Assembly (NCBI GenBank): GCA_029821875.1
Contig: JALGXW010000001.1
Coordinates: 161,987 to 225,986, forward strand
DNA from: Candidatus Hebobacterum abditum
Lineage (GTDB): Bacteria; Armatimonadota; Hebobacteria; Hebobacterales; Hebobacteraceae
Reading direction: 5' to 3'
DNA: 64,000 nucleotides
Shown here one piece after another: positions 1 to 10,941 of this stretch (position 1 is its first letter; each line of letters starts with the position of its first letter). Position numbers and translations under genes: made by a program. The notes under the pieces were generated by a model, which ran no database searches, was not told the DNA's origin, and saw only the letters and a program-made list of their open reading frames with translations.

Positions 1-53
1 GCCAGAAGCCGGCCCCGCTGCCCCTGGGACTGCTGCCGGGCACGCTGGACTGA
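1..53 (+). CDS. 3' end of an unidentified upstream gene (partial, continues left of window)
   Basis: Frame 3 reads QKPAPLPLGLLPGTLD then TGA at 51-53 with strong GC3 bias typical of coding sequence in this genome; too short to identify. Confidence 0.25.
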   Translation, partial: QKPAPLPLGLLPGTLD

Positions 54-214
54 GCCCTTTCGGGGCAGGGAGGGCGATGTGCTCGCCGCAGACTGGCTGG
101 AACGCCTTGGCCCTCAAAGCCGGCTGAATTCGTGGAATAAGGGATATGTGACACCAAGCTGTCGCTGAAGCTTGCCTAGCCAACTGAAGCAGTCGAGCAG
201 AGCGAACCTCTGAT

Positions 215-246
215 GGCCCGGAGGCCGTAGGCCTCCGGGCTTTTTT
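215..246 (+). terminator. Rho-independent terminator (plus-strand orientation)
   Basis: Perfect GC-rich inverted repeat GGCCCGGAGGCC / GGCCTCCGGGC with 3-nt loop (GTA) followed by TTTTTT at 241-246; on the minus strand the hairpin is not followed by a U-tract. Confidence 0.55.
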
Positions 247-414
247 GCATGGGGCGGCGGGGGCAAAAGCAGACGCCGCTTGAGAGCGCGCATTCTAGGC
301 GCGTTGACATAGACATACCGTGGTGCTGTCCTTGGCACCCCTCCTCCGTGGACAGCCGCCCGCCGGCAGACCGGCGGGCGGCTTGCTCTTGTGTGATGGC
401 GCTGGGAATCGCGC

Positions 415-2236
<1,822 letters not shown>

Positions 2237-2330
2237 TCAAGCAGCGCCCGGCGTGCAGGCGACGCGAGCAGGCAAGTCGTAAGAGTGGCATGGGCCTCTT
2301 GCCGCGGGCCGAGCTGCCACCTCGGGCTGC

Positions 2331-2360
2331 TTGACACTAGTTGGAGCGCCTCACTATAAT
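2331..2360 (+). promoter_or_regulatory. sigma70-type promoter TTGACA-18-TATAAT
   Basis: TTGACA at 2331-2336 and TATAAT at 2355-2360, 18-nt spacer, sitting in the divergent tgt/membrane-protein intergenic region. GGGAGG RBS at 2373-2378 and a TTG start at 2385 follow. Confidence 0.5.
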
Positions 2361-2384
2361 CCGAAGGAGCCGGGAGGCAGCAGT

Positions 2385-3143
2385 TTGCCCCAGGTTATCT
2401 GCCCGCAGTGCGGAGCAAGGAACGACACGCGCGCGGCCGACTATCCGTTCTGCGCGGGCTGCCAGGACAATCTGGCGAAGTGCGGGTATTGCCGCTGGTT
2501 TGACTCCGAAACGGGGACCTGCACTCATCCGGTAGTCGCGGGCATATTTGAAGTCGGCGAGTCGGCAACGCCACCGTGTGTCTACCACACACCGAACGAG
2601 CGCGTTGTGGTCGGTCGCCGACTGCTGCAGGTGCTGATCTGGGCCCTCGCGGTCGCTGTTATCGGGCTGATCGCTTTTGGTGTGGCGAGGTTGCGCGGGC
2701 CGCCGCAGCCGCCGCCTGTCGCGAGGCTGGACTTGGCGATCGAGGCCAACTATGAGGGTGCTGTGGTCGGGCAGCCGTTCCCGGTGACGGCCCTGATCTA
2801 CAACACCTCCAGCCTGTGGGCCGCGACCGTACGGTTCGAGATAGCAGGGCGATCACTGGACGAGTTCGAGCTGGTCTCGGTGGAGCCGAGGCCGGTGTCT
2901 GGAGCAAGGCGAAGGCGAGGCAGATGGGAAATCCTCTCGTATCCGGCCTTGAGGCCCGGAGGGCGTCAACGTATTATCCTTGAGGTGATACCGAAGAGGC
3001 CTGGGACGCTGCACCTAACGGTGAGGCTGGTCTCCGGTGACAACCTGTACCACGGAATGGCCGACCTGCCCGTGATTGTGGAACCAGGCCCGGGCGAGGC
3101 GGAGGGCGAGCCCACATCGGGAGATGAGGAGGGGCGACTATGA
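2385..3143 (+). CDS. membrane protein with N-terminal double zinc-ribbon, one TM helix and a C-terminal beta-sandwich-like (DUF11/CARDB-like) domain
   Basis: CPQCG...CAGCQ...CGYCRW...CTH Cys pairs, then the hydrophobic LLQVLIWALAVAVIGLIAFGVA. Start is set at the in-frame TTG at 2385 rather than the listed 2331, which is actually the -35 hexamer. The stop overlaps the next ORF as ATGA. Confidence 0.55.
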   Translation: MPQVICPQCGARNDTRAADYPFCAGCQDNLAKCGYCRWFDSETGTCTHPVVAGIFEVGESATPPCVYHTPNERVVVGRRLLQVLIWALAVAVIGLIAFGVARLRGPPQPPPVARLDLAIEANYEGAVVGQPFPVTALIYNTSSLWAATVRFEIAGRSLDEFELVSVEPRPVSGARRRRGRWEILSYPALRPGGRQRIILEVIPKRPGTLHLTVRLVSGDNLYHGMADLPVIVEPGPGEAEGEPTSGDEEGRL

Positions 3144-3385
3144 GGCCCGGCGACGCGCTACTCAAGCGCAGGATTCGCAGCGAGTTCATCAAGCGCGAGC
3201 TGAATTCGGACCAACTGGAAATCCAGGTCATCCACGGGGTGGCGTACCTCAGCGGGGAGCTGAGGGGCACGCGCTCGAGGAGGGTGCCGGACTGGAAGAA
3301 GGAAATGGGCCTCATCGAGAGCATCATATTGCAGATCCACGGCGTTCGCGGCATAGACAACCGAATCAAGTGCTTCGACCTTTGA
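3140..3385 (+). CDS. small BON-domain-like protein (81 aa)
   Basis: GAGGAGGGG RBS 5 nt upstream of the ATG. Two BON-like half motifs: LEIQVIHGVAYLSGEL and IILQIHGVRGIDNRI. Confidence 0.45.
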   Translation: MRPGDALLKRRIRSEFIKRELNSDQLEIQVIHGVAYLSGELRGTRSRRVPDWKKEMGLIESIILQIHGVRGIDNRIKCFDL

Positions 3386-4026
3386 CAGGTTGCTCCAGGG
3401 GGAGTTCCGACGCCGGGCTTCTCGTCGTTCTGTCCGGGCCTTCCGGGGTGGGGAAGGGGACGGTTGTGGCCCATGCGATGTCCCTCAAGAGCGAGGGAGC
3501 ACACAGGCTTCGCCGCTCCGTCTCTGTTACCACGCGGCCGCCGCGCCCCGATGAGAAGGACGGGGTGGATTACTTCTTCTGTGGCCTCGAGGCGTTCGAG
3601 GGGAAGGTCCAGCAGGGCCGACTCCTGGAGTGGGCCACCTATCTCGATAACCGGTACGGGACGCCAGCCGACTGGGTCGATCAGCAGCTCGCGTCGGGAA
3701 GTAATGTCGTGCTGGAGATAGAAGTCCAGGGCGCGATGCAGGTGAGGGAGCGGCGCCCGGAGTCCGTACTCATATACATGCTTCCTCCATCCTGGCGAGC
3801 CCTCCGTCGCAGGCTTCGGACCCGGCGGAGCGAAAGCGAGGAGGTCCAGCGGAAGCGGCTGGCCGTGGCTCGTGAAGAGGTGAAATGGGTGTCGGCGTAC
3901 TCGTATCTGCTTGTGAACGATCGCGTCCCAAGGGCGGCCCGGAGGTTGCTGGCCATCCTCGAGGCGGAGCGCGCCCGCGTCGAGCGGGCCGACTTAGGCC
4001 CGTGGTTCGGGGGCGTCGATGACTAA
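3382..4026 (+). CDS. gmk: guanylate kinase
   Basis: P-loop LLVVLSGPSGVGKGT and TTRPPRPDEKDGVDYFF motifs. Start assigned to the in-frame TTG at 3382, about 12 aa before the P-loop; the listed ORF start at 3076 is a spurious upstream extension. Confidence 0.85.
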   Translation: MTGCSRGSSDAGLLVVLSGPSGVGKGTVVAHAMSLKSEGAHRLRRSVSVTTRPPRPDEKDGVDYFFCGLEAFEGKVQQGRLLEWATYLDNRYGTPADWVDQQLASGSNVVLEIEVQGAMQVRERRPESVLIYMLPPSWRALRRRLRTRRSESEEVQRKRLAVAREEVKWVSAYSYLLVNDRVPRAARRLLAILEAERARVERADLGPWFGGVDD

Positions 4027-5239
4027 GCCACTTGCCGGTAGAGTCGTCGTCTTGGGCATCACGGGAAGCATCGCGGCCTACAAAGGCGCGGAGCTCGCGC
4101 GGCGTCTCATGGACCTCGGCGCGGATGTGCACGCGACGCTCACCCGCGCGGGTGCGGAGTTCATCACGCCGCTCACGCTGCGCACGCTCACTGGGAACCG
4201 AGTCACGGCGGATATGTTCGAGGATCCGGAGGAGTGGGAGGTGAGGCACGTCTCCCTCGCCGAGCGCGCGGCAGCCGTCGTCGTTGCGCCTGCAACCGCC
4301 GATGCAGTTGCGAAGCTTGCCCTCGGCCTTGCGGATGAGTTCATCTACACCGTTGCGCTGGCGACGCGGGCGCCGCTCGTCGTGGCGCCGGCGATGAACG
4401 ATAAGATGTACGCGCACGCGTCGGTTCAGGAGAACCTGGCGCGGCTGCAGGCCAGGGGGGCCCACGTCGTCGAGCCGGAGGTGGGTCTTCTGGCATCCGG
4501 CGCGGTCGGCATGGGGCGCCTGGCCGAGCCCGAGTCCATCGCCGCGGAAGTAGCGCGGTTGGTCTCCGACGGCGACCTGGCTGGCGCGCGCGTGCTTGTG
4601 ACGGCCGGCCCCACCCGGGAGGCGCTGGACCCAGTGCGCTTCATCTCGAATCGATCCAGCGGGAAGATGGGATACGCCCTGGCCGCAGCGGCCGCCATGC
4701 GGGGCGCCGCTGTGACTCTGGTGTCAGGCCCTGTGGCAGCTCCGGGGCCCGAGGGCTGTGACGTCGTTCGAGTTGAGACCACGGCAGAGATGTACGACGC
4801 GGTCCTCAGCCGCGCCCCGAAGTGTGATGTGCTCATCGCGGCCGCGGCCCCCGCGGACTACGCGCCGGCATCCCCGGCCGGTCAGAAGATGAAGAAGGGA
4901 GCGGAGCCGCTGACCATCGAGCTCCAGCCGACGCCGGACATTCTTGCTGAGTGCGGCCGTCGGAAGCAGCCCGGCCAGCTCCTCGTGGGGTTCGCGGCTG
5001 AGACGGAGAATCTCCTGGCGAATGCGGGCGAGAAGCTTCGGTCCAAGAATCTCGACCTCATCGTGGCTAACGAGGTGTCCGGGACTTGCGTCGGGATCGA
5101 CTCCGACCGCAACGCAGGATACATCCTATTCGCCAGCGGGGAGAGCGCTGAGTTGCCGGTGATGGCTAAGGACGAGTTCGCGCAGCGTGTTCTGGACGCG
5201 GTCGTGCAACGACGAGCGGCAGCACAACACGAGGACTGA
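4019..5239 (+). CDS. coaBC: bifunctional phosphopantothenoylcysteine decarboxylase / phosphopantothenate-cysteine ligase
   Basis: 406 aa; N-terminal flavoprotein domain (VVLGITGSIAAYK) and C-terminal CoaB domain (GPTREALDPVRFISNRSSGKMG). Overlaps gmk by 8 nt. Confidence 0.9.
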   Translation: MTKPLAGRVVVLGITGSIAAYKGAELARRLMDLGADVHATLTRAGAEFITPLTLRTLTGNRVTADMFEDPEEWEVRHVSLAERAAAVVVAPATADAVAKLALGLADEFIYTVALATRAPLVVAPAMNDKMYAHASVQENLARLQARGAHVVEPEVGLLASGAVGMGRLAEPESIAAEVARLVSDGDLAGARVLVTAGPTREALDPVRFISNRSSGKMGYALAAAAAMRGAAVTLVSGPVAAPGPEGCDVVRVETTAEMYDAVLSRAPKCDVLIAAAAPADYAPASPAGQKMKKGAEPLTIELQPTPDILAECGRRKQPGQLLVGFAAETENLLANAGEKLRSKNLDLIVANEVSGTCVGIDSDRNAGYILFASGESAELPVMAKDEFAQRVLDAVVQRRAAAQHED

Positions 5240-5296
5240 CTCGGCAGCCAGCGTCGGGGCGTGTTTCACTACCAGGGGAAACGGAACGAGGGATAG

Positions 5297-6445
5297 ATGA
5301 AAGACGAGCACTATCTGTTCACATCCGAATCTGTTACCGAGGGTCATCCGGACAAGATGGCCGACCAGATCTCGGACGCGGTCCTCGACGCTCTGCTCGA
5401 GCAAGATGAGAACAGTCGCGTCGCATGCGAAACCCTCATCACGACTGGACTCGTCATCGTCGCAGGGGAGGTGACCACGACCGGGTACGTGGACATTCCG
5501 GCTGTGGTTCGCGAGACGATACAGGACATCGGCTACACGCGTGCCAAGTTCGGCTTCGACTCGGAGGTCTCGGGGGTCCTGACCGGCATACAGGAGCAGT
5601 CTCCCGACATCGCGATGGGCGTGGACATCGGGGGGGCCGGCGACCAGGGGATGATGTTCGGTTACGCCGTGAACGAGACGCCGGAGCTCATGCCCATGCC
5701 CATCATGCTCGCCCACAAGATGGCGCGGCGGCTCTCCGAGGTCCGGCGGCTCGGGGAGGTGGATTACCTGCGACCGGACGGCAAGACGCAGGTCACTGTT
5801 GCCTACAACAACGGGAAGCCGGTCCACCTTAACAAAATTGTCGTGTCGGCGCACCATCGACCGGACGTGGATCACGAGCGGATCCGCAGCGACATGATCG
5901 ATCTCGTGGTTCAGAAGATATGTCCGAAGGACATGGTGGACGACGAGACTGACATCCTCGTCAACCCGACGGGCAGCTTCGAGCGAGGCGGGCCGCTCGC
6001 CGACACCGGTCTGACCGGGCGCAAGATCATCGTGGACACGTATGGGGGAGTGGGTCGGCATGGAGGCGGATGCTTCTCGGGCAAAGATGCTACGAAGGTG
6101 GACCGCTCGGCCTCATACATGATGCGCTACGTCGCGAAGAACATCGTGGCCGCGGGCCTCGCCGAGCGCGTGGAAACTCAAGTGGCCTACGCCATAGGGC
6201 ACGCGGAGCCCATGGGCTTCTGGGTCGACACCTTTGGCACCGGGAAGATCGCCGATGAGGCGCTGGCCGACATCTGCACGAAGCTGTTCAAGCTCACCCC
6301 TCGGGACATAATCGACAAGCTGCAGCTGCGGACACCGCAGTTCCGTCAGGTGGCCGCGTACGGTCACTTCGGGCGAACAGACCTCCCGGTCCTCTGGGAG
6401 CAAACGGACATGGCGGACAAGCTGCGGCAGGAGGCGGGCGTCTAG
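5297..6445 (+). CDS. metK: S-adenosylmethionine synthetase
   Basis: 382 aa; [26 protein letters not shown] and DTYGG signatures. GAGGGA RBS upstream. Confidence 0.95.
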   Translation: MKDEHYLFTSESVTEGHPDKMADQISDAVLDALLEQDENSRVACETLITTGLVIVAGEVTTTGYVDIPAVVRETIQDIGYTRAKFGFDSEVSGVLTGIQEQSPDIAMGVDIGGAGDQGMMFGYAVNETPELMPMPIMLAHKMARRLSEVRRLGEVDYLRPDGKTQVTVAYNNGKPVHLNKIVVSAHHRPDVDHERIRSDMIDLVVQKICPKDMVDDETDILVNPTGSFERGGPLADTGLTGRKIIVDTYGGVGRHGGGCFSGKDATKVDRSASYMMRYVAKNIVAAGLAERVETQVAYAIGHAEPMGFWVDTFGTGKIADEALADICTKLFKLTPRDIIDKLQLRTPQFRQVAAYGHFGRTDLPVLWEQTDMADKLRQEAGV

Positions 6446-6464
6446 GCGGGGGCCCGCCGACGGG

Positions 6465-8897
6465 ATGCCGATGTCTCTCTACGCGGAGGTGCTGCCAGAC
6501 CCGGGACGCGCGCTCGGCCAGCTTTTCACCTATCGCGTGCCCGAACACCTGCAGGACGCCGTGAGGGTAGGCTCCCAGGTACTCGTTCCCTTTGGCCCCC
6601 GCACCGTCGTTGGCTTGGTGGGCGCGTTGCGGAGCAGGAGTGGCCGCCAAGACCTGAAAGATGTCGAATCGGTCTTGGCCGACGTGCCCGCGCTCTCCGC
6701 GGATTCCCTGGCCCTCGCCGAGTGGATGGCCCGCTACTACATCTGCGAACTCGGCGAGGCCCTGCGGCCCTTCCTGCCGGAGGGAATGAGCTATCGCATC
6801 AGCCGCCGGTTCCGCCTGACCGGGCAGCCCATCCCCCCCGAGGTGCTTCGGCGCCCCGATGCCGGCCCGATCGCCGAGCACCTCCAGTCGGCCGAGAAGG
6901 AGGTAAGCATCGGGAGCCTCCGGCGGCTCCTTCCCGCGAGCCGGCTCCAGAGGGGCCTCAGGCTGCTCAAGTCGCGCGGCCTGGTCGGCGAGCGTGCTCT
7001 TCTCCTGCCACCTCGTGCCCGCGAGAGGCAAGTTCGGCTGCTCGAGGTGGCGGTGGCCGCCGGGGAGGTCGATCGGTACTGCGAGGCAAGGGCGAATCGC
7101 GCGCCCGCGCGCGTGGCCGCCCTTCGCGTAGCCCTCGTTGCAGGGGCCTCGCCGGCCGGCGAACTCGCTCGGCGGGCAGGTGTCTCCGTCGCCGCCATTC
7201 GGGGACTGGTCGACGATGGCATGTTGCGAGCCCGCTGGATCCCGGTCCGCCGAAGGCCGTGGGCGCAGGCCGCCGATGCGCTCGGCGAGCCCCCGGCTCT
7301 GACGCCCGAGCAGTCCGCGGCCGTCGCGGCCGTGACCGCCGCCGTCGATTCCGGGGAACACGCGTCCTTCCTGCTGTACGGAGTGACCGCCAGCGGGAAG
7401 ACGGAGGTCTTCCTTCGAGCTATCGAGCGCGTTTTGGCTGCTGGCAAGCAGGCCATCGTCCTGCTGCCCGAGATATCGCTCACCGCTCAGGCGATCGGTG
7501 TCTATCGGGGGCGGTTCGGCGAGCGGGTGGCGTTGGTGCATAGCGCGCTCTCGCTCGGCGAACGCTGGGACGAGTGGCAACGGATTCGCAGCGGCGATGC
7601 CGGAGTCGTGTTGGGTGCGCGTTCGGCCATCTTCGCGCCGGTGCCCAAGCTCGGCCTGGTCGTCGTGGACGAAGAGCACGAGACCTCCTACAAGCAGGAA
7701 CAGGCTCCGCGCTACCACGCGCGTGAGGTTGCGCTGAAGCGGGGGGAGCTCAGCCGCTGCCCGGTGCTCCTGGCCAGTGCGACGCCTGCCATCGAGACGT
7801 TCTACGACGCTGAGAAGGGCCGACACAAGCTGCTGCGGCTTCCGCGGCGGGTAGAGGATCGGCCGCTGCCGACCGCACGCGTGATCGACATGCGCGGGAG
7901 CGAGGGAAGGCAGACCATCCTCTCGAGCGCGCTTCGACAGGCCGTCGCCGCACGGCTGCGAGAGGGCGAGCAAGTCATCCTCTTCCTGAATCGCCGCGGG
8001 TTCGCGACCTTCCTGCTCTGCCCGACCTGCGGGCGGGCGGTTAGATGCAAGGAGTGTGGCGTTGCTCTGAAGTACCACCGAGACGCCCGCCAGGTTCGGT
8101 GCCATCACTGCAACTACGCAGAGGTCGCACCGGATATCTGCGCCAACTGCGGCAGTCATCAGATCCGGTTCTCCGGGTTCGGCACAGAGCGTGTCGAGAG
8201 GGAGCTCCGTCGAATACTCCCTGCCGCCCGGCCGGGGCGCATGGATCGCGACACCACGTCTGGCAAGGGGGCTCATGTGCGCATCGTGGGCCAGTTCCGC
8301 AGCGCCGAGACGAACGTGCTCATCGGAACGCAGATGGTTGCCAAGGGCTTCGACTTCCCCGGAGTGACGCTCGTCGGTGTCATATCGGCCGACACCTCTC
8401 TCAACTTGCCCGACTTCCGCGCGGCCGAACGGACCTTCCAGCTGCTCACCCAGGTCTCCGGCCGGGCCGGCCGCGGGGAGAAGGAGGGAGAGGTCATCGT
8501 CCAGACGTACCGGCCCGACGATGACAGCATTCGCGCCGCCGCCGCCCATGACTACGAGTCCTTCTACCGGAACGAGATCGAGAGCAGGCGGGAGTTGAAC
8601 TACCCGCCGGTATCCCAGCTCGTCAACCTCGTTGTCAGTTCGGAGGAGGAGGAGGCTGCATCCCACCGCGCTGGCGTCATTGCGGACGCTCTGCGCCGGG
8701 CCGGGGGGGAGCGAGTGCAGGTGCTGGGGCCTGCGCCTGCTCCTCTGCCGAGGCTGCGTCGGCGCTATCGGTGGCACGTCATGCTGAAGGGACCCCAGGG
8801 CGAAGTGCAGGGGGTGGTCCGAGAGGCGCTGGTTGGTCTGGGGACTGCGGAGGCAGGCATGCTGGCCGTGGATGTGGACCCAGTCTCACTCATGTGA
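6465..8897 (+). CDS. priA: primosomal protein N' (replication-restart helicase)
   Basis: 810 aa; Walker A GVTASGKT, DEEHETSYKQ, Cys4 zinc-binding region (CPTCGR...CKECG...CHHCNY...CANCG) and C-terminal helicase motifs. Confidence 0.9.
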   Translation: MPMSLYAEVLPDPGRALGQLFTYRVPEHLQDAVRVGSQVLVPFGPRTVVGLVGALRSRSGRQDLKDVESVLADVPALSADSLALAEWMARYYICELGEALRPFLPEGMSYRISRRFRLTGQPIPPEVLRRPDAGPIAEHLQSAEKEVSIGSLRRLLPASRLQRGLRLLKSRGLVGERALLLPPRARERQVRLLEVAVAAGEVDRYCEARANRAPARVAALRVALVAGASPAGELARRAGVSVAAIRGLVDDGMLRARWIPVRRRPWAQAADALGEPPALTPEQSAAVAAVTAAVDSGEHASFLLYGVTASGKTEVFLRAIERVLAAGKQAIVLLPEISLTAQAIGVYRGRFGERVALVHSALSLGERWDEWQRIRSGDAGVVLGARSAIFAPVPKLGLVVVDEEHETSYKQEQAPRYHAREVALKRGELSRCPVLLASATPAIETFYDAEKGRHKLLRLPRRVEDRPLPTARVIDMRGSEGRQTILSSALRQAVAARLREGEQVILFLNRRGFATFLLCPTCGRAVRCKECGVALKYHRDARQVRCHHCNYAEVAPDICANCGSHQIRFSGFGTERVERELRRILPAARPGRMDRDTTSGKGAHVRIVGQFRSAETNVLIGTQMVAKGFDFPGVTLVGVISADTSLNLPDFRAAERTFQLLTQVSGRAGRGEKEGEVIVQTYRPDDDSIRAAAAHDYESFYRNEIESRRELNYPPVSQLVNLVVSSEEEEAASHRAGVIADALRRAGGERVQVLGPAPAPLPRLRRRYRWHVMLKGPQGEVQGVVREALVGLGTAEAGMLAVDVDPVSLM

Positions 8898-8932
8898 TAG
8901 ACTTGCGCCTGACGGGCTTCCAGGCAGGAACC

Positions 8933-9499
8933 GTGAGCGATCCATCCAGCCCGGAACTGAAGATCCTGCAGTATGGCCATCCGGCCCTCCGGCAGCGGGC
9001 GAAGAAGATCGGCCGTGTGACTTCGGAGGTGAGAGAACTCGTTGGCACAATGACAGAAGTCATGCGATCGGCGCGCGGCCTTGGCCTGGCGGCGAACCAG
9101 ATTGGAATGGCGCGCCGAGTGGCCGTTGTGGAGATCGCGGACAAGCTGACGGCGCTCATCAATCCGGAGATCGTTAGCGCAACGGGTGCGGAGGCGACGG
9201 ATGAGGGCTGCCTCAGCCTGCCCCGGCTCTACGGGAGTGTAGAGAGGCCCACGGAGGTCGTCGTTCGCGCGCGGGACCTCACCGGGAGGCAAGTGAAGAT
9301 CGAGGCCGAGGGCATGCTTGCGCGCGCTCTCTGCCACGAGATCGACCATCTAAACGGCAAGCTGTTCGTGGATTCGGCCGAGCGCGACACGCTTTACTGG
9401 CTGATAGGCCAGACGGAGGAAGGCGAGCCGCTGACACAGGCGACGACGCTGGAAGACGCGCTCCGGGTCTTTGCCGCCGCGCGGGGCTCAGATGGGTAG
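8933..9499 (+). CDS. def: peptide deformylase
   Basis: GCLSLP, EGCLS and HEIDHLNG motifs. Start chosen at the in-frame GTG at 8933 (MSDPSSPELKILQYGHPALRQRA), the usual distance before the ILxY motif; GTG 8894 is an alternative. Confidence 0.85.
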   Translation: MSDPSSPELKILQYGHPALRQRAKKIGRVTSEVRELVGTMTEVMRSARGLGLAANQIGMARRVAVVEIADKLTALINPEIVSATGAEATDEGCLSLPRLYGSVERPTEVVVRARDLTGRQVKIEAEGMLARALCHEIDHLNGKLFVDSAERDTLYWLIGQTEEGEPLTQATTLEDALRVFAAARGSDG

Positions 9500-10454
9500 C
9501 ACGTCTGGGACGACACTTCAGATCGCCTTTATGGGCACGGCCGAGTTCGCCGTGCCCACACTGCGTGAGTTGGCGGAGGGAGGAGAGGAGATCGCGGCTG
9601 TATTCACGCGCCCCGACCGGCCGGCGGGCCGGGGGCGCCGACTGAGGCCGCCCCCCGTGAAGCGCGCCGCGGAGGAGATCGGGCTGCCGGTTCATCAACC
9701 GGAGCGTGTGGGCGTCGGCGAGGGACTCGGGCTGCTCCGGTCGATGGGGCCGGACCTGATCGTCGTCGTCGCCTTCGGTGAGATTCTCAGCGAAGAGGCC
9801 CTGTCTGTTCCTGGTCTCGGCGGGATCAATACCCACGCCTCGCTATTGCCGCACTATCGAGGCGCGGCGCCAATCCAGCGGGCCCTGATGGCGGGGGAGC
9901 GACTGAGCGGCGTCACCGTGCAGTGGATGTCGGCCGAGATGGATGCAGGCGATATCTTGCTTCAGCGTGAACTCGCCATCGGCGAGGAGGAGGATTTCGG
10001 GAGCCTGCACGACCGCCTCGCCGCCGTTGGCGCCGAGGCGACCGCGGAGAGCGTGGCTCTGATTCGCCGAGGCAAGGCGCCACGCGACAGGCAGGACCAC
10101 TCGCAGGCAAGCTACGCGCCGCCGATTCGGCGGGAGGAACTCGTGATAGATTGGGGCAGATCCGCCCAGGAGGTGGCGCGGCTCGTCTGCGCCTTCTCTC
10201 CTCGTCCGGGAGCGCGAACGACGCACGAGGGCGATCTGCTGAAAGTGCTCGCCGCGCGGCCTGGCAAAAACGCAGCCGCGGCAGGAGGAATCCCTGGACA
10301 GATCATGGAATTGACCAGCGATGGCTTCTGGGTGGCTACTGGTGACGGGCGTCTGCTGGTGACCCGTGTGCAGTCGGCTGGGCGAAGAGCTATGTCCGCC
10401 GCGGAGTACCTGAAGGGGCATCGGCTTCCAGTAGGCGGGCGATTAGGCAGTTGA
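9492..10454 (+). CDS. fmt: methionyl-tRNA formyltransferase
   Basis: N-terminus MGSTSGTTLQIAFMGTAEFAVPTL and HASLLPHYRGAAPIQ motif. The ATG overlaps the def stop (ATGGGTAG). Confidence 0.9.
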   Translation: MGSTSGTTLQIAFMGTAEFAVPTLRELAEGGEEIAAVFTRPDRPAGRGRRLRPPPVKRAAEEIGLPVHQPERVGVGEGLGLLRSMGPDLIVVVAFGEILSEEALSVPGLGGINTHASLLPHYRGAAPIQRALMAGERLSGVTVQWMSAEMDAGDILLQRELAIGEEEDFGSLHDRLAAVGAEATAESVALIRRGKAPRDRQDHSQASYAPPIRREELVIDWGRSAQEVARLVCAFSPRPGARTTHEGDLLKVLAARPGKNAAAAGGIPGQIMELTSDGFWVATGDGRLLVTRVQSAGRRAMSAAEYLKGHRLPVGGRLGS

Positions 10455-10503
10455 TATCGGTGTCGGCTTCCGGGATGTCCCACCCCTCGGAAGAGTCGGG
10501 AAG

Positions 10504-10887
10504 GTGCCCAAAGTGGGAACAGGCGGCGCCGACAACATCGAGCAGCGATGCGATCAGGCCCTGGAGTTGAAGAACCAAGGCCAGTACGACGAGGCCGCGG
10601 CCGAGTTCCAGGAGATCCTGAAGACCTGTCCAGACCATGCCAGAGCACACCTCGGTCTGGGGCTCGTGTTCTGCTTTGTCGGGCGGTTCGATGAGTCGCT
10701 TGAGGAGCTCAAGCGAGCGGTCGAGTGCGACCCAGCATGGGTCGATGGGCACCTGAACCTGGCCAAGACCTATGCCATGCTCGGCATGTACGACGAGGCG
10801 AAGACTGAGTTCAACCTGGTGCTCGAGCTACATCCGGGACATCCTGAAGCCACAAAGCAACTCAAGTACTTCGAGGGTGCGGGCTAG
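10504..10887 (+). CDS. tetratricopeptide-repeat protein (127 aa)
   Basis: Three TPR-like units, e.g. AEFQEILKTCPDHARAHLGLGLVF and GHLNLAKTYAMLGMYDEAKTEF. GTG start. Confidence 0.6.
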   Translation: MPKVGTGGADNIEQRCDQALELKNQGQYDEAAAEFQEILKTCPDHARAHLGLGLVFCFVGRFDESLEELKRAVECDPAWVDGHLNLAKTYAMLGMYDEAKTEFNLVLELHPGHPEATKQLKYFEGAG

Positions 10888-10941
10888 GTCCTCTCGCCCG
10901 CACCTGCTCTTTTCCCAGAGCGGATGCCGCTTCGGTGAACC

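Noticed and set aside
3076-3384. Listed 316-aa ORF start for gmk far upstream (3076), overlapping the BON-like gene
   Set aside because: The Gmk P-loop lies only about 12 aa after the in-frame TTG at 3382. The upstream extension has no homology and overlaps a separately supported small gene with its own RBS.
5240-5296. Looked for a SAM (S-box) riboswitch upstream of metK
   Set aside because: The coaBC-metK intergenic region is only 57 nt and has no room for the roughly 100-nt S-box fold. metK appears co-transcribed with coaBC and carries a plain RBS.
6294-8777. Very long minus-strand ORFs (827 aa here; also 5126-6061, 11011-13149, 14663-16618, 24227-25108, 62007-63872 and others) antisense to well-supported genes
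   Set aside because: Typical high-GC shadow ORFs. Their translations are Arg/Ala/Gly/Pro-rich low-complexity with no motifs, and each lies opposite a gene with clear homology (priA, metK, RACo-like, YfhO, GT39, ileS).
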